Of a DNA stretch of 64,000 bases, positions 18,339 to 26,043 are shown one piece after another. The position numbers and the translations under genes are program-made. The notes beneath the pieces were generated by a model. That model made no database searches, was not told where the DNA came from, and was given only the letters and a program-made list of their open reading frames with translations. How positions within the stretch are numbered: the first letter of the stretch is position 1; every line of letters starts with the position of its first letter. Source of the stretch: a bacterium (lineage in GTDB: Bacteria > Vulcanimicrobiota > Vulcanimicrobiia > Vulcanimicrobiales > SCRA01); the NCBI GenBank assembly GCA_004297985.1, contig SCRA01000044.1:78262-142261 (forward strand), given 5' to 3'.

Positions 18339-19415
18339 CTACGCTACGCGCACGGGCCGCGCTCGCTCGTACTGTTGCGGCCACGGGATCTCGACGTTCA
18401 ATGCCTGCGCCGCGTGCAGCGGCCAGTAGGGATCGCGCAAGAGCTCGCGCGCCATGGCGACCGCGTCGGCACGCCCCGAGGCGATGATCTCCTCCGCCTG
18501 CTCCGGCTCGGTGACCATGCCGACGGCGACGGTCTGGATGCCGGTCTCCTGGCGGATCCGCTCGGCGAACGGGACTTGGTAGCCCGGCGCGACCGGTATC
18601 TTCTGGCGCTGGTCCAAGCCGCCCGAGCTGCAGTCGACGGCGTCGGCGCCAAGGCTCTTCAGTGTGCGCGCCAATGCCACGCTCTGGTCGAGATCCCAGC
18701 CTCCCTCCACCCAATCGGTGCACGAGAGGCGGACCCAGAGCGGCTTGTCGTGCGGCCAGGCGCGACGCACGGCCTCCACCACCTCGCGCACCAGGCGCGT
18801 GCGGTTCTCGAAGGAGCCGCCGTACTCGTCCCGGCGCTGGTTGGATAGCGGCGAGAGGAATTGGTGGAGCAGGTAGCCATGCGCGGCGTGAATCTCGGCG
18901 ATCTCGAAGCCGGCTTGGTCGGAACGTTGCGCAGCGGCGACGAAGGCCTCCCAGACGCCGGCGATCTCCTCCAGCGAGAGCGCATGCGGGAGCGGCCACC
19001 CGGGATGATAGGGGACGGATGAGGGAGCGATGACCTGCCATCCGCGATGCTCCGGCTCGATATGGCCGCCACCGCGCCATGGGGCATCGGTCGATCCCTT
19101 GCGCCCGGCGTGAGCAAGCTGAATACCGGGAACGGCGCCTTCCTCGCGGATGAACGCGGCGATCGGCGCCAACGCGTCGCGGTGGGCGTCGCTCCACATG
19201 CCCAGGTCGTCGGCCGAGATGCGCCCCTCGGGCGTGACCGCGGCTGCCTCGGTGAAAACGATGCCGGCGCCGCCCACGGCGCGCGATCCCAGATGCACGA
19301 GATGCCACGGCAGCGCTAAGCCGTCCGGCGTGGAGTACTCGCACATCGGCGAGACGACGATGCGGTTGCGCGCGGTCACACCGCGCTGCGTCCAAGGTGC
19401 AAAGAGGGCACTCAT
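18339..19415 (-). CDS. NADH:flavin oxidoreductase, Old Yellow Enzyme family (YqjM/NamA type)
   Basis: MSALFAPWTQRGVTARNRIVVSPMCEYS..., HLGSRAVGGAGIVFTEAAAV, GIQLAHAGRKGS, FEIAEIHAAHGYLLHQFLSPLSNQRRDEYGGS. GAGGAGG Shine-Dalgarno just upstream of ATG 19415. Confidence 0.9.
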   Translation of the reverse strand: MSALFAPWTQRGVTARNRIVVSPMCEYSTPDGLALPWHLVHLGSRAVGGAGIVFTEAAAVTPEGRISADDLGMWSDAHRDALAPIAAFIREEGAVPGIQLAHAGRKGSTDAPWRGGGHIEPEHRGWQVIAPSSVPYHPGWPLPHALSLEEIAGVWEAFVAAAQRSDQAGFEIAEIHAAHGYLLHQFLSPLSNQRRDEYGGSFENRTRLVREVVEAVRRAWPHDKPLWVRLSCTDWVEGGWDLDQSVALARTLKSLGADAVDCSSGGLDQRQKIPVAPGYQVPFAERIRQETGIQTVAVGMVTEPEQAEEIIASGRADAVAMARELLRDPYWPLHAAQALNVEIPWPQQYERARPVRVA

Positions 19416-19554
19416 GGCCTCCTCGACCCGCAGGATGGAGCCACGGTTGCGTTGCCACCGATCCTCCGCTCTCCGCAGGCCCATTCGAAAAAACCCCGCC
19501 GACCGAAAAGTTGGGCGGAAGGCACGGCGTCTGCCCCCTCGAACCCCGCCTTTC

Positions 19555-21621
19555 GTGCGACAGCCATCACATGCGCGCGGCCTCGCTGCGCTCGCAACGC
19601 TTGCAACACTGCTTGCCACCGGCTCACCATCGTTAGCGGCGGACTCGCCCGAACGTCTCCCCGCCGATACGGGGATGAACTGGCGGATCGGGCCCGCCCA
19701 GATCGCGAAGAGCTGCGGCGATTCGATCGCCAAGACCAAGGCATCCATCGCCGCCATCGAGACCACGGCGCCTGCAAAGCAGACCTTCCAAAACGTGATG
19801 CTGCCCATCGAGAACGCCGAGGCCGAGCTCAACGACGAGACGGCCGTCGACACCGTGCTCTACCAGATCTCTCCCGAGAAGGCCGTACGTGATGCCTCGG
19901 CGGACTGCGCGCGACGCGTCTCCGACTACCAGACCGTGCTGAGCGCCGATCCGCATATCTACGCGACCGCCCTGCGCCTGCAGGAGCAGAGCGCCGCGAA
20001 CAGCGACCCCGACAAGGCCCTGCTGCGGCTCTACGTCATCGCCGGGCGTCGCTCGGGCGCGGATCTCGACGAGGCCAAGCGCAACGAGGCCACCGCACTC
20101 TTCCAGAAGCTAGGCGACTTGCAGCGCCAGTTCGAGATCGACCTCTCCGAAGACGCCACGACGATCGCCATCACGAAGGCGGAGGCGGCGAGCCTCCCGG
20201 CAACGCTCGTGGCAACGCTCGAGAAGACGGCGAGCGGCTACCTCGTGCCGGTCAACGAGAGCACCGTTGGACGTTACATGGCCAACGAGAAACGCTCCGA
20301 TGCGCGCAAGCGCTTCAGCACCGCCTACGGCAAGCGCGGCGGACTGAAGAACGTCGGACTCTTGGAGCAGGCGGTAGCCGTGCGCGATCGCCTGGCACAC
20401 GTGCTGGGCTTCAACACCTGGGCCGACTACCAGTTGAGCAACAAGATGGCGCAAAGGCCGGCCAAGGTCGATAGCTTCCTCGCGCAGATCGATGCGAAGC
20501 TGCTCCCCAAGGCGCGCCGCGAGGTGGCGCAGTTAGCGGCGCTCAAGCGCGCGCAGGGTGACCGCACGCCCTTCGCGAGCTGGGACTACGCATACTACGA
20601 GAATCAACTGCGCAAGACGGCCTACGCCGTCGACGAGCAGCAGATCCGCCCGTATTTCCCCATCGATCACGTCATCTCGAGCGTGCTGGGCATCTACCAG
20701 AGGCTGCTCGGCGTGACGTTTACCGAGATCTCTCCAGCCGACGCGTGGGCGCCAGGAGTACGCGAGTTCTCGATCGCCGATACTGCCACCGGCAAAGCCA
20801 TCGGCTGGTTCTACCTCGATCTCTTCCCGCGCCCGGGCAAGTACAACCACTTCGCCAACTTCCCGCTGCGCATCGGACGTCTGCTTCCCGAGGGAACCTT
20901 CCAGAAGCCCGTCGCCGCGATCATCGGCAATTGGCCGGCGCCCCAGCCCGGAAAGCAGGCGCTGTTGAGCCACGACGACGTGATCACGTTCTTCCACGAG
21001 TTCGGCCACTTGATGCACGCTACGCTCTGCACGGCACCCTACGAGACGGCGAACAGCATGGTCGGCATAGAGCAAGACTTCATCGAGGCGCCCTCACAAA
21101 TGCTCGAGAATTGGATGTGGCAGCCCTCGATCCTCAAACAGGTTTCCGCGAACGTCGAGACGGGGAAATCGTTGCCCGATGCGCTGATCTCGAGGATGGT
21201 GGCGCTCAAACATCTCGATGACGGCGTCTCGTGGACGACGCAGGCGTTCTTGGCCACGTACGACATGACGATCCACAGCGCCGGCTCACGGATCGCCGCC
21301 ACGAAGATCTGGGCGCGCCTGAAGCGCCAGCTCACAGCCTTTCCGAGCGTGCCCGGCACCTACCCCGAGGCCGGCTTCGGCCACTTGATGGGCGGATACG
21401 ACGCCGGCTACTACGGCTACCTCTGGTCGAAGGTCTACGCGCAGGACATGTTCACCGTCTTCGAGCACGGCGGCTTAGAGAACCCAGCCGTCGGCGCGCG
21501 CTACCGCGCGGATATCCTCGAGCCCGGCGCGATCTATCCGGCGCAGCAGCTCGTGGAGAAGTTCCTCGGGCGCCCGTTGAAGTACGACGCGTTCTACCGC
21601 GACCTTGGAATCAGCAAGTAA
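19555..21621 (+). CDS. Secreted M3 family metallopeptidase (oligopeptidase A / Dcp-like)
   Basis: FHEFGHLMH (HExxH) plus downstream IEAPSQMLENW and GYDAGYYGYLWS, which are M3 hallmarks. Start provisionally at GTG 19555, giving the signal peptide MRQPSHARGLAALATLATLLATGSPSLAA. The earlier part of the ORF-track entry overlaps the OYE gene. Confidence 0.85.
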   Translation: MRQPSHARGLAALATLATLLATGSPSLAADSPERLPADTGMNWRIGPAQIAKSCGDSIAKTKASIAAIETTAPAKQTFQNVMLPIENAEAELNDETAVDTVLYQISPEKAVRDASADCARRVSDYQTVLSADPHIYATALRLQEQSAANSDPDKALLRLYVIAGRRSGADLDEAKRNEATALFQKLGDLQRQFEIDLSEDATTIAITKAEAASLPATLVATLEKTASGYLVPVNESTVGRYMANEKRSDARKRFSTAYGKRGGLKNVGLLEQAVAVRDRLAHVLGFNTWADYQLSNKMAQRPAKVDSFLAQIDAKLLPKARREVAQLAALKRAQGDRTPFASWDYAYYENQLRKTAYAVDEQQIRPYFPIDHVISSVLGIYQRLLGVTFTEISPADAWAPGVREFSIADTATGKAIGWFYLDLFPRPGKYNHFANFPLRIGRLLPEGTFQKPVAAIIGNWPAPQPGKQALLSHDDVITFFHEFGHLMHATLCTAPYETANSMVGIEQDFIEAPSQMLENWMWQPSILKQVSANVETGKSLPDALISRMVALKHLDDGVSWTTQAFLATYDMTIHSAGSRIAATKIWARLKRQLTAFPSVPGTYPEAGFGHLMGGYDAGYYGYLWSKVYAQDMFTVFEHGGLENPAVGARYRADILEPGAIYPAQQLVEKFLGRPLKYDAFYRDLGISK

Positions 21622-22264
21622 CGATCTGCACGGAGGCGGAACAGCCGAGCCGATCGGCGCCCGCCTCGAGCATCCGCAGCGCATCCTCACGCGTACGGAT
21701 GCCGCCCGAGGCCTTGACCAACGCGCGGCCCCCAACGAAGGCGCGTATCGCACGCACGGCATCCACGCCGGCGCCTCCTGCCGCGTGGAAGCCCGTCGAC
21801 GTCTTCACGAATGCCGCTCCGCCTTCGACAGCCGCGGCACAAGCACGGCGCAACTCATCGCCGGCGAGGGCGGCGCTCTCGAGGATCGCCTTCACCGGGA
21901 CGCCCGCCGCACCGACCACGGCGCGCACGTCCTCGCGGACGCGCCCGTCGTCGCCGCCGCGCAGGGCTCCCAAGTCGATCACCATGTCGATCTCCCGGGC
22001 TCCGCGGCGCACCGCCTCGGCGGCCTCGAACGCCTTCGACGGCGCGGTCGAGGCACCAAACGGGAAGGCGACGACGGAGCAGACGAGCACGCGCGTGCCT
22101 TGCAACGCAGCGGCGGCGCGCGACACCCAGATGGGGTTGACGCAGACCGACGCGAATCCGTAGCGTTGCGCCTCGTCGCAGAGTCGATCGATCTCCGACG
22201 CCGTAGCGAATGGCGCGAGCAGGGTATGGTCGATCAGCGGAGCGAGGTCGACGGGGTAGGGCAT
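21611..22264 (-). CDS. deoC: Deoxyribose-phosphate aldolase
   Basis: IDHTLLAPFATASEIDRLCDEA..YGFASVCVNP, EIDMVIDLG, FVKTSTGF (Schiff-base lysine context), KASGGIRT. Convergently overlaps the M3 peptidase gene by 11 nt. Confidence 0.9.
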   Translation of the reverse strand: MPYPVDLAPLIDHTLLAPFATASEIDRLCDEAQRYGFASVCVNPIWVSRAAAALQGTRVLVCSVVAFPFGASTAPSKAFEAAEAVRRGAREIDMVIDLGALRGGDDGRVREDVRAVVGAAGVPVKAILESAALAGDELRRACAAAVEGGAAFVKTSTGFHAAGGAGVDAVRAIRAFVGGRALVKASGGIRTREDALRMLEAGADRLGCSASVQIVTC

Positions 22265-22296
22265 GGCGCCGCCATTCGCCGCCCGAGGTCGGCCTC

Positions 22297-22325
22297 TTGC
22301 CCTGGGCGCCGCGTGCTGTTACAAT
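22297..22325 (+). promoter_or_regulatory. Candidate sigma70-type promoter for tRNA-Ser(GGA)
   Basis: TTGCCC (22297-22302), 17 nt spacer, TACAAT (22320-22325), with a TG at the extended -10 position. Lies about 50 nt upstream of the tRNA 5' end. Sequence pattern only. Confidence 0.35.
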
Positions 22326-22374
22326 CGCGGTCGTGCGCTTCGGTGGGGTCCCCATTGCGGGGAACCCGCAATGG

Positions 22375-22467
22375 GGAGAGGTGTCGGAGCCTGGTTGAAC
22401 GAGCGCGACTGGAAATCGCGTAGGCGGCAAAACCGTCTCGAGGGTTCGAATCCCTCCCTCTCCGCCA
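22375..22467 (+). tRNA. tRNA-Ser (anticodon GGA), CCA encoded
   Basis: Cloverleaf by hand: acceptor GGAGAGG/CCTCTCC, anticodon stem CGCGA/TCGCG with loop CTGGAAA, long variable arm GGCGGCAAAACCGTC, T arm GAGGG-TTCGAAT-CCCTC, discriminator G, CCA. Confidence 0.9.
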
Positions 22468-22475
22468 GTTGTCAA

Positions 22476-22550
22476 CCGAGGCGAGTGCCTCGGAACCTTT
22501 CAAGCATCGGGGCCCCCGCGAGCGCGGCGTAGCAAAGCGAGCGGGGAGAT
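22476..22550 (+). repeat. Copy A of a structured RNA element shared with the leuCD leader
   Basis: CCGAGGCGAGTGCCTCGGAACCTTTCAAGC (22476-22505) is identical at 29 of 30 positions to the reverse complement of 58274-58303. Downstream GGGGCCCCCGCGAGCG...GAGCGGGGAGAT parallels GGGGTCCCCACGAACG...GAGTGGGGAAGA in the leuCD leader. Confidence 0.6.
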
Positions 22551-22603
22551 ATCGCGTGGGCGGCAAAACCGTCTCGAGGGTTCGAATCCCTCCCTCTCCG
22601 CCA
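22545..22603 (+). pseudogene. Internally deleted tRNA-Ser copy (lacks D arm and 5' half of anticodon arm)
   Basis: GGAGAT + ATCGCGTGGGCGGCAAAACCGTCTCGAGGGTTCGAATCCCTCCCTCTCCGCCA. Positions 22551-22603 repeat 22415-22467 of the intact tRNA at 52 of 53 positions. The GGGGAGA prefix repeats the 5' acceptor strand. Confidence 0.55.
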
Positions 22604-22608
22604 TGCCT

Positions 22609-22642
22609 ATCGTGCGGTGCCGTCTCCGCGGCATCGCACGAT
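22609..22642 (+). terminator. Long hairpin directly after the degenerate tRNA copy (terminator or processing hairpin)
   Basis: ATCGTGCGGTGCCG-tctccg-CGGCATCGCACGAT forms a 14-bp stem with one G-U pair. No U tract follows, so function as an intrinsic terminator is uncertain. Confidence 0.35.
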
Positions 22643-22724
22643 CATATACAACCGAGCTCGAGCGCGTTCGCCGTCCTGCGCGACGATTCGTCGCGCTACA
22701 TCCCTTTGTTTAGATCTTAACCAA

Positions 22725-22754
22725 TTGACGACCGCGACCGAAAGCGGGTAGTAT
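22725..22754 (+). promoter_or_regulatory. Candidate sigma70-type promoter upstream of the MFS transporter gene
   Basis: TTGACG (22725-22730), 18 nt spacer, TAGTAT (22749-22754), in an AT-richer patch. The predicted start site falls just before ATG 22764. Confidence 0.4.
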
Positions 22755-22875
22755 ATGGTGCTCATGTCAACACGCATGCCACGGCACCGGAAGGCGCGCC
22801 ATCGTTAGCGTCACCTCAGAGGGGAGTCCCTCAAAGCCCGATGAACGCGCCCTAGCGCTGCTCACGCTGACGGTC

Positions 22876-24399
22876 ATGCTCGGCATGATCATGGCCATCA
22901 TCGACTCCACGATCGTGAACGTGGCGCTGGACGCGATGGCGGGGAATCTCGGGACATCGATCGACGAAGTCTCCTGGGTCGTGACCGCCTACATCTTGGC
23001 CACGGTGGTCGTCATGCCGCTCAACGGCTTCCTCACGGCGCTCCTCGGTCGCAAGCTGTACTACGCCGTCTCGATCTGCGTCTTCACCATCTCATCGTTC
23101 CTGTGCGGCACAGCGCATAGCCTCGGAGCGCTGATCTTCTACCGCGTGATTCAAGGCATAGGGGGCGGAGCGCTCCAACCAACGGCGCAAGCGATTCTTT
23201 TCGAGTCGTATCCGGCAGGCCGCCGTGGACAAGCTATGGCGATCTTCGGTATCGGCGCCATGTTCGGCCCCGCCATCGGACCGACGCTCGGCGGCTACAT
23301 CGTCGACAACTTCACGTGGCCGCTGATCTTCCTCATCAATTTGCCGATAGGGATCGTCGCGCTGATGATGACGCTGGCATACGTGCCAGACCCTCACTAC
23401 ATCAAGCGTACGAAAGCGGAGCATCTCGACTGGCTTGGCTTGGCTGCTATGACGGCAGGCCTGGCCTCGCTGCAGTATGTACTGGAGCGCGGCCAGCACG
23501 ACGACTGGTTCAACTCAAATACGATCATCTTCCTCACGACTACTGCGGCAGTTGGCCTCGCTGTGTTCATTTGGCGCCAACTCACGGTCGAGCATCCTCT
23601 GGTCGACCTGCGCGTCTTCCGACATCGTTCGTTCACTGCCGGCAACGTGCTCATCGTCATCACTGGATTCGGATTGTTCGGCACGGCACTGATCCTGCCG
23701 TTGTTCTTCCAAACACTGCTGCGCTTCGATGCATTCCAGACAGGCATGGCCCTCATGCCCGGCGCGATTGCGACGGCGGTCGCGATGCCGATTGCCGGGC
23801 GCCTTACTGACAAGATCGACGGGCGCATTCCCGTCCTCTTCGGCATGCTGCTCTTCGGCCTCTCGACGTGGTGGATGGGATCGCTCAATCAGAACGCCGG
23901 CTACTGGGACGTGTTCTGGCCGCGGGTGTGGCAGGGGTTCTCGCTGGCGTTCATCTTCGTCCCGCTCTCCACCCTCACCATGGGCGCCGTGGGGCGCGCG
24001 GAGACGGCCAATGCATCAGGGATCTACAATCTCTTGCGCCAGCTAGGCGGGAGTCTCGGCATCGCCGCACTCACGACCATCCTCTCGCGCGACCAGACGG
24101 CAAACTATCAGTCGCTCTCCACTGGAGTCACGCTCTCACATCCGTCGGTTCGTCAGGCGGTGGACCAGATGACGCAGCTGCTCGTCGCCCAAGGGCACAC
24201 GTTCTTCGAGGCCCAGCGTCTTGCTCTGCTGGAGCTGGCCAACACGGTTCTCTCGAACGCGATGACGATCGCCTACGACGATCTCTTCCGCCTCTCCGCC
24301 GTCGTCTTCTTCGCGGCCGCGCCGTTGATTTTGTTACTCAAGCGCCCAGACCGCCCCACTCGTTCCGCTGCGCTGCACTCGCGGGGATCCCACCCTTGA
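22876..24399 (+). CDS. MFS transporter, DHA2 (EmrB/QacA, 14-TMS) family; 5' end problematic
   Basis: IIDSTIVNVALDAMAGNLG, VVMPLNGFLTALLGRKLYY, GIGGGALQPTAQAILFESYPAGRRGQAMAIFG, GPAIGPTLGGYIVDNFTWPLIFLINLPIG. The first in-frame ATG (22876) lies inside what should be TM1. The frame stays open upstream to 22729 but has no ATG/GTG/TTG. Confidence 0.8.
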   Translation: MLGMIMAIIDSTIVNVALDAMAGNLGTSIDEVSWVVTAYILATVVVMPLNGFLTALLGRKLYYAVSICVFTISSFLCGTAHSLGALIFYRVIQGIGGGALQPTAQAILFESYPAGRRGQAMAIFGIGAMFGPAIGPTLGGYIVDNFTWPLIFLINLPIGIVALMMTLAYVPDPHYIKRTKAEHLDWLGLAAMTAGLASLQYVLERGQHDDWFNSNTIIFLTTTAAVGLAVFIWRQLTVEHPLVDLRVFRHRSFTAGNVLIVITGFGLFGTALILPLFFQTLLRFDAFQTGMALMPGAIATAVAMPIAGRLTDKIDGRIPVLFGMLLFGLSTWWMGSLNQNAGYWDVFWPRVWQGFSLAFIFVPLSTLTMGAVGRAETANASGIYNLLRQLGGSLGIAALTTILSRDQTANYQSLSTGVTLSHPSVRQAVDQMTQLLVAQGHTFFEAQRLALLELANTVLSNAMTIAYDDLFRLSAVVFFAAAPLILLLKRPDRPTRSAALHSRGSHP

Positions 24400-24433
24400 A
24401 CGGTTCCGGGCCACCAGGCCCGGATTTCAAAGA

Positions 24434-24461
24434 ATGCGGTGCCGTTCGCACGGCACCGCAT
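24434..24461. terminator. Hairpin between the convergent MFS gene and tRNA-Ser(CGA)
   Basis: AATGCGGTGCCG-ttcgca-CGGCACCGCATT is a 12-bp perfect stem. On the minus strand it is followed by UUCUUUGAAAU, so it most plausibly terminates the tRNA/tadA transcription unit. Confidence 0.5.
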
Positions 24462-24468
24462 TGTAGGC

Positions 24469-24559
24469 TGGCGGAGAGGGTGGGATTCGAACCCACGAGA
24501 CGCTCATCACGTCCGCTCGCTTTCGAGGCGAGTGCCTTCAACCACTCGACCACCTCTCC
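24469..24559 (-). tRNA. tRNA-Ser (anticodon CGA), CCA encoded
   Basis: The reverse complement folds as GGAGAGG..GTC-GAGTGGTTGAA-GGC, anticodon stem CTCGC/GCGAG with loop CTCGAAA, a long variable arm, T arm GTGGG-TTCGAAT-CCCAC, then CCTCTCC-G-CCA. Confidence 0.9.
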
Positions 24560-24576
24560 CCATCATGGGAACCTCT

Positions 24577-25124
<548 letters not shown>

Positions 25125-25165
25125 GCAGGGAAATGGAGATTGTCTCCCGGCGTGCGATTACCTCT

Positions 25166-25396
25166 TTACCGTGCGTCGTCCGAGATGTTCGTCGGAATGT
25201 GCTTGAACAGGTCCAGTTTGTGCTCGATCAATCCGCGATAGAACTTGCGGACGCAATCCGGGTGCCCGAAGAAATAGGTACGAGCGTAGGCCAAGTCGTC
25301 ACCGGACGAGTCGGGCACGTAGTGTGCGATCTCGATCTCCTCCATCTGGCCCCGATCGACCGGATGCGGACAGAAATCGCAAGGTATCGTCGACAT
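25166..25396 (-). CDS. Small hypothetical protein (76 aa) with a CxxC ... HxxC pattern
   Basis: MSTIPCDFCPHPVDRGQMEEIEIAHYVPDSSGDDLAYARTYFFGHPDCVRKFYRGLIEHKLDLFKHIPTNISDDAR. GGGGGAGAG Shine-Dalgarno 5 nt before ATG 25396. The ORF-track N-extension runs into tRNA-Met. The gene is visibly less GC-rich than its neighbours. Confidence 0.55.
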   Translation of the reverse strand: MSTIPCDFCPHPVDRGQMEEIEIAHYVPDSSGDDLAYARTYFFGHPDCVRKFYRGLIEHKLDLFKHIPTNISDDAR

Positions 25397-25515
25397 GTTC
25401 TCTCCCCCAATCCACTCGGCTTCGCCTCGATCGTGAGGGCCTCTCTGTTGACTGCAATCCCAGGTGCCTGCCCGGGGTTTCACTAGTATATCGGCAGACG
25501 AGCCAGAAACAGATC

Positions 25516-25539
25516 GACGGGCGAGTCGCCTCGCCCGTC
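25516..25539 (-). terminator. Hairpin 12 nt downstream of tRNA-Met
   Basis: On the minus strand, GACGGGCGAG-gcga-CTCGCCCGTC (10-bp perfect stem) is followed by GAUCUGUUUCUGG. Confidence 0.45.
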
Positions 25540-25551
25540 GACGCTGGACGG

Positions 25552-25626
25552 TGGTGACTCGGGCAGGATTTGAACCTGCGACCAAGGGCTTATGAGTCCC
25601 CTGCTCTACCGCTGAGCTACCGAGCC
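25552..25626 (-). tRNA. tRNA with CAT anticodon (elongator Met, or Ile2 if lysidine-modified), CCA encoded
   Basis: The reverse complement folds as GGCTCGG-TA-GCTC-AGCGGTA-GAGC, anticodon loop CTCATAA, T arm GCAGG-TTCAAAT-CCTGC, then CCGAGTC-A-CCA. It lacks the initiator features (no C1-A72 mismatch, no three consecutive G-C pairs next to the anticodon loop). Confidence 0.85.
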
Positions 25627-25668
25627 ATCGCGAACGACGTTGGCGCCTGCGGAGTCGTTCGACGCTCT

Positions 25669-25698
25669 AGTATACCTAACCCGTCGCAGAGGCGTCAA
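25669..25698 (-). promoter_or_regulatory. Candidate sigma70-type promoter for tRNA-Met
   Basis: The minus strand reads TTGACG (25698-25693), 18 nt spacer, TATACT (25674-25669), about 40 nt upstream of the tRNA 5' end. Confidence 0.4.
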
Positions 25699-25736
25699 CG
25701 GCGACGCCGGCGGTAACGCCGGCGCCGGTCGTACGA

Positions 25737-25813
25737 TGGCGCGCTCGGAGAGATTCGAACTCCCGACCCCCAAGTTCGTAGCCTGGTGCTCTATCCAGCT
25801 GAGCTACGAGCGC
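25737..25813 (-). tRNA. tRNA-Arg (anticodon ACG), CCA encoded
   Basis: The reverse complement folds as GCGCTCG-TA-GCTC-AGCTGGATA-GAGC, anticodon stem CCAGG/CTTGG with loop CTACGAA, T arm GGGAG-TTCGAAT-CTCTC, then CGAGCGC-G-CCA. Confidence 0.9.
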
Positions 25814-25906
25814 AACCGCTCTATGTTGCCAAACAAACACCCGTTCCGTCAAGTCCCCTTCGCGGAATCGGAGCGACGAGCCTACGCCATCGCCCCAGTC
25901 CGGAGT

Positions 25907-25999
25907 TGGCGGAGAGAGAGGGATTCGAACCCTCGCTACGAGTTGACCCCGTAGGACGGTTTAGCAAACCGTTGCCTTCAGCCGCTCGGCCATCTCTCC
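25907..25999 (-). tRNA. tRNA-Ser (anticodon GCT), CCA encoded
   Basis: The reverse complement folds as GGAGAGA-TG-GCC-GAGCGGCTGAA-GGC, anticodon stem ACGGT/ACCGT with loop TTGCTAA, a long variable arm, T arm GAGGG-TTCGAAT-CCCTC, then TCTCTCC-G-CCA. Confidence 0.9.
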
Positions 26000-26043
26000 A
26001 TACTTGGGCTTGAAACGCTTCGCTCCGAGCCAGGCACCAAGGT

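Noticed and set aside
17416-19458. Over-long ORF-track proteins: 680 aa here, 747 aa for pyrG, 1020 aa for the M16 peptidase, 504 aa for the OYE gene and 494 aa for GT1.
   Set aside because: Their N-terminal extensions overlap the upstream gene in another frame and are Arg/Gly/Pro-rich. Internal starts with SD sequences, signal peptides or GTGA coupling give family-typical N-termini.
22468-22550. Integrated mobile element bounded by the 53-nt direct repeats of the tRNA-Ser 3' half (att-like).
   Set aside because: Only 83 bp separate the repeats. No integrase, excisionase or other mobile-element gene exists here or in the flanks. At most this is a relic, and it is reported as such under findings.
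22469-22720. ORF-track entry of 83 aa on the plus strand.
   Set aside because: It runs through the spacer element, the degenerate tRNA copy and the terminator-like hairpin. It has no SD and is Ser/Arg/Pro-rich, so it is almost certainly non-coding.
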